Of a stretch of DNA of 64,000 nt, positions 42,784 to 51,345 are shown one piece after another. Every line of letters begins with the position of its first letter. Positions within the stretch are counted from its first letter, which is position 1. Both the position numbers and the translations under genes were made by a program. A model generated the notes under the pieces. It worked only from the letters and a program-made list of their open reading frames with translations, did not search any database and was not told the DNA's origin. The stretch comes from Chamaesiphon sp. (lineage in GTDB: Bacteria; Cyanobacteriota; Cyanobacteriia; Cyanobacteriales; Chamaesiphonaceae), in assembly GCA_965246715.1 (NCBI GenBank), contig CBDFFH010000015.1, positions 160,001-224,000 on the forward strand, read 5' to 3'.

Positions 42784-43080
42784 ATGAAATTTTTAAACTT
42801 ACTCCCAATCGCGGCTGTAGCCACCATCGGTCTTTCTTTACCCGCTCGTGCTAACGAAGCCACTATTAACGATACCGTTCAGAACGTTATCATCACTGGT
42901 AGTAACAACTCAGTCAATCAAAGTAATAATTCCACTATCAACAATAATAGTCGGCGAAATGGCGACAATAGCGCTACGGTCGTCCGCACTCGCCAAAATG
43001 CTGATGTCTTCGGCGATGGTAATACTGTCAATCAATTCAATCAAACTCGTGTCGGTCAGTCGAAATATCGGAATCGTTAG
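42784..43080 (+). CDS. Secreted Asn/Gln-rich repeat protein (curlin-like)
   Basis: Signal peptide; two Q-x4-G-x2-N-x-V-x-Q-x-N repeats. Confidence 0.65.
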   Translation: MKFLNLLPIAAVATIGLSLPARANEATINDTVQNVIITGSNNSVNQSNNSTINNNSRRNGDNSATVVRTRQNADVFGDGNTVNQFNQTRVGQSKYRNR

Positions 43081-43189
43081 AATTTATCAATGTAGAGCAG
43101 CGCGATTCTCAGTCATCGCGCTAAAGATCTCATCGATTCGCCATTGCCAGCTCAGTTCGCATCCACCCCTTACTCGTGAGCTAATTGAT

Positions 43190-43750
43190 ATGTCTAAACG
43201 CCAGTTTGGTCTCACTGCGATCGCAATTTTATTGCTATCGCCTACTTTAGTTAGTGCTAACGAACCGCTCGACGCTACACATTTAACCGTCGCGAAAATT
43301 CAGATCGATACAAATAATAATCGGACGAGCATTAACACTCCGAATATTCAAATCGATACTCCGACAACTACCGACAGTCGGCTGCTGAGTCGCGGCCAGC
43401 GTTCGCGCACACTAGTCCGCAAGCGCATTCCAGCAGTCGTTCGCCCACGCATCGATCTCGACGATGACAACGAGCCGATCGTCATTATCTTCCCATCGCA
43501 AAGCACCCCGACGATCCCAAACGTGCCCAAAGTGCCCTCAGTACCCTCAGTCCAGACCTCGACAATTCGCACGACCCCAACCGTGCGGAGTTCTATCATT
43601 CGGACTACCAGCGATGATAATGATTCGTTATCTGTAACCGAGCAACGCCAGTCAGTACAATGCAGTGGTGGTAGTACGGTCAGTCAATCGTCATCGAGTA
43701 CGATTAACGGACGCACGGTTAAATCAGAAAATCGTTATAAGTGCTACTAG
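43190..43750 (+). CDS. Secreted low-complexity hypothetical protein
   Basis: ATG at 43190 followed by signal peptide; Ser/Thr/Pro rich. Confidence 0.6.
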   Translation: MSKRQFGLTAIAILLLSPTLVSANEPLDATHLTVAKIQIDTNNNRTSINTPNIQIDTPTTTDSRLLSRGQRSRTLVRKRIPAVVRPRIDLDDDNEPIVIIFPSQSTPTIPNVPKVPSVPSVQTSTIRTTPTVRSSIIRTTSDDNDSLSVTEQRQSVQCSGGSTVSQSSSSTINGRTVKSENRYKCY

Positions 43751-43864
43751 ATCTCGATTCAGGCGATCGACTTTTTCGCTAGCTTTACGATGAGCGCTAG
43801 GTGCCTGGATTATTTAGTAACTCGCAACTATTTGCCCCGATGACGCGGTAGCCGAACTGAATCG

Positions 43865-44335
43865 TTAATCTCTTACATTGCAGCGAATTTCGACAATAAA
43901 GCCGTCAGGATCGTATCAATACACGCCGCGACCTGTCGATCGAGTGACTGGTTCGCCATCGATCTCCACCCCATTGGCCCGCAATACCTCCACCGCCAAG
44001 TCAAACAAATCTGGTGCGATATCGAATGCCATGTGATTGGCGCGTGTAAATTGCAGCGTTGGATCGGCTGCTGGTGGCGTTAAATCTGGCTCGGCAAATA
44101 AATCTATTACCGTCCCGTCGGGAGTCCGAAAATTGGCAACTTTTCCTCGATCGACTAGTTCGGTGAGGCTGGAAGGTATTTCATTTCCACTCAACTCGTG
44201 TAATCCCAAAATCGTCCCGTAAAAGTGGCGAGAAGCTGACATATTTGCGACATTGAGGGCAATATGATGCACTCGACGCAGCGCGCCAGTTGGGAGCGAT
44301 CGAGTGGAGATAGACTGATTTGTAGCGAATGTCAT
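43865..44335 (-). pseudogene. VOC/glyoxalase protein with in-frame TGA near the C-terminus
   Basis: HHIAL, HMAF; ...RGVY*YDPDGFIVEIRC continues past the stop at 43916-43918. Confidence 0.8.
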
Positions 44336-44621
44336 TCGATTTTGGATGGTGGATTGCCTCAGCCTTGAAATGACGGAAGCTCTAAAAACGGAAAAACTTA
44401 TTCTTCTTTAAATATAACTTGTAACTTTAAATATTTTATGTTACTACCGCGCTACCCTCGGTTTTCTCTATAGAACCCATTTGAGATCTTCTAGTGGGTA
44501 GGGTGGGTTCGTTCACGATCGATCGGTAAGAGCGATATCAGCTAGCATAAACCTACCCCTACAGATCTATAACTAACGTATTACGTATTTTACAGATCGA
44601 CCGTAGATACTGTCTTGAATG

Positions 44622-45593
44622 TCAAGGGGTGGCGAGCGAATAATTAGGGTCAAAGGGCTGTTGAGACTTTAAAATGCCAAAAGCCAAATGGACTAATTTA
44701 CGCATGATGGCACCAATCGCCTGCATTTTAGCCTTGCCACGATCGAGTAATCGTTCGCTGAAAGTTTTGAGCAGAGGATTATGACGCATCGAGACTACCG
44801 CAGGCATATAAAGAGCTTTGCGGAGTCGAGAATTACCAGTACAAGACAACCGAGTTTTGCCATGAACGCTGGTGCCACTAGAGCGCTCAGATGGAGTTAA
44901 ACCCGCATGGGCAGCTAATTGACGAGCATTCTGGTAATCTTCGATCCGACCGATTTCTGCCAACAAGACAGCCGCAGTCTGTGCGCCAATTCCAGGAATT
45001 GAGACCAACAGATCTCGCTGTTGTTTTAACTCTGGATGTTTGTCGAAATGGTCGCTAATTAATTGTTTAATTAGGGCTTGCTGTTCCTGGAGATAGGTCA
45101 GATGAGATTGAGTGAGTTCAGCTACTTTGGTGGTGGCTGTTTCCAAGCGATTGTGTTCGGCTGTGACCATTTCCTGAAGAGAATCTAATCGCCGGACCAG
45201 GGCTTGTAGTTCTTTGATTTCAGGGGCTGTTGGTTTCCACAGTTCTGGTTTAATTGCTGCACAAAAACGGGCAATCAATGCTGCATCAACTGAATCAGTT
45301 TTCGTCCGTAATAGTTCGCCCTTGGCAAACCCTTGAATTCGGGCTGGATTGACGACACTAACGGCAAAGCTGGCTGAGTAGAGGAATTCGGCTAAAGCGT
45401 CTCCATAGATGCTGGTCGCTTCCAGACAGGCGTGCATTTGGTCGATCCCTTTTTGTTTGAGCCACTGCTGCAAACTCTCAAACCCTTGCAGATCGTTGGT
45501 GAATTTTTTGGATTTTGTTCTCGTCTCTCCCATGATTAGTACTACATGAAAGTCTTTTTTGCTGATGTCTATCCCTAAAAAATTAACTGTCAT
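44622..45593 (-). CDS. IS110 DEDD recombinase A
   Basis: GID, EAT, KTDSVD and SSGTS motifs. Confidence 0.95.
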   Translation of the reverse strand: MTVNFLGIDISKKDFHVVLIMGETRTKSKKFTNDLQGFESLQQWLKQKGIDQMHACLEATSIYGDALAEFLYSASFAVSVVNPARIQGFAKGELLRTKTDSVDAALIARFCAAIKPELWKPTAPEIKELQALVRRLDSLQEMVTAEHNRLETATTKVAELTQSHLTYLQEQQALIKQLISDHFDKHPELKQQRDLLVSIPGIGAQTAAVLLAEIGRIEDYQNARQLAAHAGLTPSERSSGTSVHGKTRLSCTGNSRLRKALYMPAVVSMRHNPLLKTFSERLLDRGKAKMQAIGAIMRKLVHLAFGILKSQQPFDPNYSLATP

Positions 45594-45629
45594 TAACTGC
45601 TTACTCCACTCCTAACTATGCTCAAAGAA

Positions 45630-45840
45630 CTTGACAGACTGTTTAACTAACCTTGTGATTGCAGGCTTTTCGGTAAATCGATTGCCTAAGATACTGTCCA
45701 GCTTTAGGTGTGTCTGTCATCAGTTGTGGGAGCTTATCTACGCAGCAGACTAACAATGTTGTCTAAGGGGCGGGCCAGCTTCACCGATTACTGATGTCCT
45801 CACTCTCACTTTCTCGCATCTGGCGATCGCGCTCTGAAAC
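45630..45840 (-). ncRNA. Bridge RNA of element A (ends approximate)
   Basis: LTG CCCGCCCCT 45766-45774, RTG CGTAG 45738-45742, LDG ACAGTATC 45690-45697, RDG ACAAG 45652-45656, each pair inside a stem-loop. Confidence 0.85.
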
Positions 45841-46124
45841 TGTTATGGTTTCTTTACGCCGATCGATTTATTCCTCTGACTCACTTGGTTTGTGTCGATC
45901 TCTTTGAACTACGTTTGTTCTAAGCATTGTCTATATCGATCGATTACCTACCTCTCTTTAAGATACAAGGGGCGGGTTTATGCTAGAAATTTCCGCCAAA
46001 CATGACCAAATCAGAACAAACCCGCCCATCTTCACCAATATGTTAATTTTGGAGCGTGGCTGAATTAAGGTATGAAAACATTGGTAGGGGCAATTCATGA
46101 ATTGCCCCTTGGATCCTAAAGGAA

Positions 46125-46325
46125 GGTCAAAGAGTAAAATCGTAAGACCGAGCATCAACAGCAAAAGGGAAAGGGAAATTCGGATTGCCCCTAGGGACAC
46201 CAAGCCCGTTAAGTAGATCGAATTACCTTAACCTAAACAGTGGAACCAGTCAAAGCTGGACAGTATCAGAGGTCGTCCCAAACGGGTAAACCTGCATTTA
46301 CAAGGATAGTTTATCGCCACTAATT
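46125..46325 (+). ncRNA. Bridge RNA of element B (ends approximate)
   Basis: LTG ATTGCCCCT 46184-46192, RTG GTAG 46213-46216, LDG ACAGTATC 46260-46267, RDG ACAAG 46300-46304. Confidence 0.85.
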
Positions 46326-46362
46326 GCTGTTGAAGCAGTCCATTAGCAGATAGGAACTGGCA

Positions 46363-47355
46363 ATGAGTAATTCAAACGAAGAGTTAGACATACTCGGTAT
46401 CGACATCAGCAAAGCCAAATTTGACGTAGCCTTACTCAAAAACAACGGCAAAGACAAAATCAAAAGCAAGGTATTTGCGAATACCCCAGAAGGGTTTGAG
46501 CAATTACAGGAGTGGCTAAACAGCCAAGGAATAACCAAACTACATGGCTGCATGGAAGCAACTAGCATTTACGGAAATGCCCTAGCCAGATTTCTAGTTG
46601 CAGCAGGATACATCGTAAGTATCGTTAATCCATCCCGTCCAAAAGCATTTGGACGAAGTGAATTAAGTCGGACGAAAACCGATCGTGCGGATGCAAAAGT
46701 GATTGCCAGATTTGGCGCGGCATTACGCCCAGCACCCTGGACTCCTCCAGCGATCGAAGTCGAACAACTTCAAGCTTTGGTTCATCGCTGGGATAGTTTG
46801 ACTGCCATGCAGCAACAAGAGCAGAATCGACTCGAAACGGTTGACCCAATTTTAGTCGAGGCGATCGCCGCACATATTGACTTCCTCAAGCAACAAGTTG
46901 CTGCGACTCAACAACTGATTCGCGACCATTTCGATCGATTCCCCACTCTTAAAGCTCAACGAGATTTACTGATTTCGATGCCAGGTATTGCCGCCGCTAC
47001 TGCAACGGTAATACTAGCCGAAATTCGCGATGTGGCTACCTTTGACAGTGCCGACCAGCTTGCTGCTTTTGCGGGTTTGACCCCGCATGAGTTTTCTTCT
47101 GGTTCCTCTGTTCATGGCAAACCCCGTTTGTCTAAGATCGGTAACGCTCGTTTGAGAAAGGCTCTCTATCTGCCTGCGATTGTTGCTCGTCGCGATCATC
47201 CCTTGATTCAGGTTTTTTGCGACCGTCTGTTGGCTAAAGGTAAGTCGAAAATGGCGATGATTGGTGCTGCTATGCACAAACTTCTGCGCCAGGTCTTTGG
47301 TGTGCTGAAATCTCAACAACCTTTTGACCCGAATTTTCTTTCTCTTCTCTCTTGA
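46363..47355 (+). CDS. IS110 DEDD recombinase B
   Basis: GID, EAT, KTDRAD and SSGSS motifs. Confidence 0.95.
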   Translation: MSNSNEELDILGIDISKAKFDVALLKNNGKDKIKSKVFANTPEGFEQLQEWLNSQGITKLHGCMEATSIYGNALARFLVAAGYIVSIVNPSRPKAFGRSELSRTKTDRADAKVIARFGAALRPAPWTPPAIEVEQLQALVHRWDSLTAMQQQEQNRLETVDPILVEAIAAHIDFLKQQVAATQQLIRDHFDRFPTLKAQRDLLISMPGIAAATATVILAEIRDVATFDSADQLAAFAGLTPHEFSSGSSVHGKPRLSKIGNARLRKALYLPAIVARRDHPLIQVFCDRLLAKGKSKMAMIGAAMHKLLRQVFGVLKSQQPFDPNFLSLLS

Positions 47356-47412
47356 CTCTCAAGACAGTATCTACCAATGTTTGTGCGTTTCATACATTAA
47401 TTCAGCAACGCC

Positions 47413-48059
47413 AGAAATTGCTCACCGCACCACTTGCCCGCAAACTAGTTCGCCAACTGCGACGTGCTGGCGTACCAACACTCAACCTTACCCCCGAAAA
47501 GTTTCGACAAATTTCAGCTACCGAGCGCGCTTCTGGCATTGCAGCGATCGTCAAACAACGCTGGTCGAAATTAGCTGCAATCTCACCCCGCGATGGGTTG
47601 TGTTGGACAGCGCTAGAATCCGTGCGATCGGCAGGCAATCTCGGCACTCTGATTCGCACTTCCGAAGCTGTTGGTGGGGAGGGTTTTATCCTGATTGGTA
47701 AGCACATCGATCCGTTCGATCCCGATGTGATTCGTGCATCGATGAGCGGGATTTTTTGCCAGCATTTCGTGCGTACCAGTTTACCGCTACTGGCCGAATG
47801 GCTGCAACGGCATGATTGCCAATCGATCGGGGCTTCGCCAGATGGGATGACAGATTTGCACCAGTTCGATTATGCTCGCTCTACGTTGCTGTTCCTGGGT
47901 GCAGAGCGGCAAGGGTTGACTCCACCGCAGCGAGAATTATGCCATCATTTGGTCAAAATTCCGATGGTTGGCGAAGCTGATTCGCTCAATCTGGGGGTCG
48001 CTGGGAGTTTATTCTTGTATGAGATTAAGCGATCTGTCGATCGACATGCTTCAGGTTAA
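47413..48059 (+). pseudogene. TrmH-family methyltransferase missing its N-terminus
   Basis: SAGNLGT, GAER, SLNLG; reading frame begins at the MITE boundary. Confidence 0.75.
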
Positions 48060-48231
48060 CTTTGGCAGAGACGTTCTCCAGGAACGTCTCTGCTAGGGTG
48101 GGGCAATTTGGCACGAGCGAGATTTGCCTTAACCAGAGAAAATATCGAACGTTTGTACTATAATCATAGAGTGATGGTTGTTACTCCACTGAGGATATAA
48201 CAGAGTCAGATCGATCTATTGACATAACTAC

Positions 48232-48608
48232 ATGACGAAAGTTACTAACGGAGCATTGGCGGAACCTCTCGATCGAATCGAGAAAATCTTGACTGAGTTA
48301 AAGCAAGTCTACCCCAATGCAACCTATGAATTGGACTGGGAGACACCACTGTGATTCTCAACTGTGCGTTTAATATGCCCTCTGGTGTCATTGTCGATAC
48401 CCATGTCTTCCGTGTCAGTCAACGGATCGGATTGTCCGCACAGAAGAATCCTGACAAGACGGAGCAAGATTTAATGAAAATCGTTCCGCAGGATGAATGG
48501 GTGTTTTTTGGCCCGGCAATGGTGTTACACGGTCGGTATACTTGTACCGCTAAGAATCCAAACTGCGTCGCGTGCGTGTTGGAAAGTGTGTGTGAGAAGA
48601 AAATTTGA
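48232..48608 (+). pseudogene. nth: Endonuclease III with internal deletion and frameshift
   Basis: N-terminal YPNA.YELDWETPL joined out of frame to VDTHV.R and Cys-x6-Cys-x2-Cys-x5-Cys; HhH core absent. Confidence 0.85.
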
Positions 48609-48670
48609 CCTGTGACCCACCTGGGTATATTTCATGCTTTATTCAATCGAATCCAAAATCCATAATAAAT

Positions 48671-49351
48671 ATGCCGATCTCATCGCTTCATAGTTCTTGG
48701 CAATCAGTCCTCGCTCCAGAGTTTGAAAAACCCTATTTTCAAAAGTTGCAAGATTTCCTGGTCGCCGAAAGACAAACTGAAACTATTTTTCCGGTGGAAG
48801 CAGATATCTTCTCGGCATTTGAATTGACACCTTACGATCGAGTTAATGTCCTCATCTTGGGACAAGATCCTTACCATGATGACAACCAAGCACATGGCTT
48901 ATGTTTTTCGGTTAAGCCAGGGATTAAAACACCGCCATCATTGGTAAATATCTACAAAGAACTTCAGAGAGATATCGGATTTGATATTCCTAATAATGGT
49001 TATCTAATCCCTTGGGCAAAACAAGGAATGCTGATGTTAAATGCGGTATTAACCGTTCGCGCGCACACACCAAATTCTCACAAAAACCAAGGTTGGGAAA
49101 CTTTTACAGATGCGGTAATTAGCACTGTTAATAACAAACCAGATCCAGTAATCTTTCTGCTGTGGGGTGCTTATGCCCAGAAGAAGGTGAAATTAATCGA
49201 TACCAGCCGTCATACCGTTATTCAATCGGCTCATCCTTCGCCACTATCGGCCCGAAATGGCTTTTTTGGCAGTAAGCCGTTTTCCACGATTAATGCTACT
49301 TTGCAATCTTTTGGTAAACCAGCGATCGATTGGCAAATTCCAAATATTTAG
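48671..49351 (+). CDS. ung: Uracil-DNA glycosylase, family 1
   Basis: GQDPYH, PPSL, LMLN, HPSPLS. Confidence 0.95.
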   Translation: MPISSLHSSWQSVLAPEFEKPYFQKLQDFLVAERQTETIFPVEADIFSAFELTPYDRVNVLILGQDPYHDDNQAHGLCFSVKPGIKTPPSLVNIYKELQRDIGFDIPNNGYLIPWAKQGMLMLNAVLTVRAHTPNSHKNQGWETFTDAVISTVNNKPDPVIFLLWGAYAQKKVKLIDTSRHTVIQSAHPSPLSARNGFFGSKPFSTINATLQSFGKPAIDWQIPNI

Positions 49352-49585
49352 GTGCTCGTGCTCGCTCCTTGTTGCTTTGTTCGGTAAAGTGAACCTCGAT
49401 CGACCTGAGAACCGAACATGTAAATTAGTCGAGCTTTGTTATCTTAATATTATGTCGAATTGAGAGATCAGTGGACTCAATAAAGCTACTTCTTTCATTT
49501 CACACGATCGAGATTAATTGTCATCAACGAATGTCGATCGAATCTGACTGAATCGATACTATATTTAGATTTGAGGCTCACTAAT

Positions 49586-50014
49586 ATGACAATAGTTCGT
49601 TGGCAACCAATGCGCGAGATTACTACTATCCAACGGGAAATGGATCGATTATTTGCAGGCCTTGGCGACACTACTACAACTAGTTTCGTTCCAGCCGCAG
49701 AACTGAAAACCGATAACGACAACATCTACCTGCAACTAGAAGTTCCTGGTTTGACTCCTGAAGAAATTGATGTACAGGTAAGTGCAAACTCTGTTGCAAT
49801 TACTGGAGAACGTAAAGAGGAAACAACTACTGACGAGAATGGCACCAAGCGATCCGAATTCCATTATGGCAAGTTTCATCGCGTCATCGCTCTACCCAAA
49901 AAAATTCAGCAAGATGCCGTCCAAGCCAAATACGAAAACGGTGTTCTCAAACTCACCTTACCTAAATTAGAAGATGAGAAACCCAAAATCGTCAAAGTAG
50001 AAGTTGCTGCATAA
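49586..50014 (+). CDS. hspA: Small heat-shock protein Hsp20
   Basis: SEFHYGKF.R...A.YENGVL.L.LPK. Confidence 0.92.
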   Translation: MTIVRWQPMREITTIQREMDRLFAGLGDTTTTSFVPAAELKTDNDNIYLQLEVPGLTPEEIDVQVSANSVAITGERKEETTTDENGTKRSEFHYGKFHRVIALPKKIQQDAVQAKYENGVLKLTLPKLEDEKPKIVKVEVAA

Positions 50015-50057
50015 CAACCAATCGGGCACGTAAAAATCTCCTCCAATAAATTCACTC

Positions 50058-50084
50058 GCCGACTTCGCCAGAGGTCGGTTTTTT
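50058..50084 (+). terminator. Intrinsic terminator after hsp20
   Basis: GCCGACTTCGCCAGAGGTCGGTTTTTT. Confidence 0.65.
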
Positions 50085-50178
50085 ATGGGAGATCGATCGA
50101 CTCGCTAAGTCAGCCGCCAGTGATACAGTCCCATCCTCTATAATTAGAGGAAAGTTCAGCCATTAAAGTTCTTCGACG

Positions 50179-50997
50179 ATGACCCCAGAAGTAGACAGCG
50201 ATCTTCAGTCCACTACCGAACTGAGTACTGCACTATGGTCGCCAGATGACGACTCGACAATTACTAGTGAGGAACTAGACGAATTAGACGAACTCCCTGC
50301 AGAGCAGGAGATGTCTTTTTTCGACCATTTGGAGGAGTTACGCCAGCGGATATTTTACTCGGTAATTGCCGTCGCACTTGGCGCAGTGGGCTGTTTCGTC
50401 TATGCCAAACAAATCGTCCAAATTTTGGAAGTCCCAGCAACGGGGATTAAATTTCTGCAACTGGCTCCAGGGGAATACTTTTTTGTCTCGGTGAAAGTAG
50501 CTGGCTATTGTGGCTTGTTGGTCGCCAGTCCGATGATCCTTTATCAAATCATCCAGTTTGTGATTCCGGGATTGACTCGGCGCGAACGGCGGTTGGTGAT
50601 CCCTGTCGTGGCGGGTTCGTCGCTGTTATTTGTCGCGGGAATTGCGTTTGCTTATTATGCATTGATTCCAGCGGCGCTCGATTTTCTAATCGGTTATGGT
50701 GAAAGTGTCGTCGAACAGGCTTGGTCGATCGATCGATATTTTGAGTTCGTGTTAGTCTTATTATTCGCGACGGGCTTGCTATTTGAGTTACCGATCGTCC
50801 AAGTGATATTATCCCTATTGGGGATTCTGTCTTCTAAATTGATGTTGTCCGGCTGGAAGAGTGTCGTGGTAGGCTCGATGGTAGTAGGCGCGATCGTTAC
50901 TCCGTCTACAGATCCACTCACCCAAAGTTTACTCGCCGGTGCGGTTTTAGCGCTATATTTTGGTGGGATTGGAGTTGTGAAGTTGTTGGGTAAATAG
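50179..50997 (+). CDS. tatC: Twin-arginine translocase TatC
   Basis: HLEELR.R, FELP, TPSTDP. Confidence 0.95.
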   Translation: MTPEVDSDLQSTTELSTALWSPDDDSTITSEELDELDELPAEQEMSFFDHLEELRQRIFYSVIAVALGAVGCFVYAKQIVQILEVPATGIKFLQLAPGEYFFVSVKVAGYCGLLVASPMILYQIIQFVIPGLTRRERRLVIPVVAGSSLLFVAGIAFAYYALIPAALDFLIGYGESVVEQAWSIDRYFEFVLVLLFATGLLFELPIVQVILSLLGILSSKLMLSGWKSVVVGSMVVGAIVTPSTDPLTQSLLAGAVLALYFGGIGVVKLLGK

Positions 50998-51297
50998 CTC
51001 GCCAACACAACGCAATCGCTTGAGTCTCACGATCTTCGAGTGACAAAAACACGCGATCGAATATTCTTAGTGAATGATAGTTTTGTAGGGTGGGCAATGC
51101 CCACGGTATCAACCACAAAGCTAACTAAAAAAATTTAAGCGGCTTTAAAACTCGATCGCCAGAACAAACATCTTGCTAATCTATATATACAAAAAAGATC
51201 GAGTCTCACGATCTTCGATCGCCAACAACACGCGATGAATATTTTTAGATATTACCCGTACATGGTAGGGCAGGCATCTGCCCACCCTACTTTGCTT

Positions 51298-51339
51298 AAT
51301 TCCCCTCCTGGGAGGGGTGCCCGATAGGGCGGGGTGGGT
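51298..51339 (-). repeat. Copy of the 710-751 repeat
   Basis: Exact reverse complement. Confidence 0.9.
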
Positions 51340-51345
51340 CTGGTC

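Larger units (their letters stand above)
44605..45969 (-). mobile_element. IS110-family (IS621-like) element A
   Basis: CT core at both ends; right end ACAGTAT-CT, left end CT-TGTAT; empty site reconstructs REP AAACCCGCCC-CT-ACGG. Confidence 0.93.
46108..47372 (+). mobile_element. IS110-family (IS621-like) element B
   Basis: ATTGCCC-CT-TGGAT ... ACAGTAT-CT-ACCAA; splits the REP GTAGGGGCAATTCATGAATTGCCCCTAC. Confidence 0.93.
46053..47412. mobile_element. GGCGTTGCTGAAT-type MITE hosting IS110 element B
   Basis: AGCGTGGCTGAATT at 46053 and ATTCAGCAACGCC ending at 47412; no flanking duplication. Confidence 0.75.

Noticed and set aside
45958..46203. 81-aa ORF between the two IS110 elements
   Set aside because: Spans REP, MITE and antisense bridge RNA; the same spurious MNCPY peptide appears at 17507-17707.
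47352..47412. Start of the 235-aa methyltransferase ORF
   Set aside because: These codons are IS110 right-end and MITE sequence, not part of the gene.
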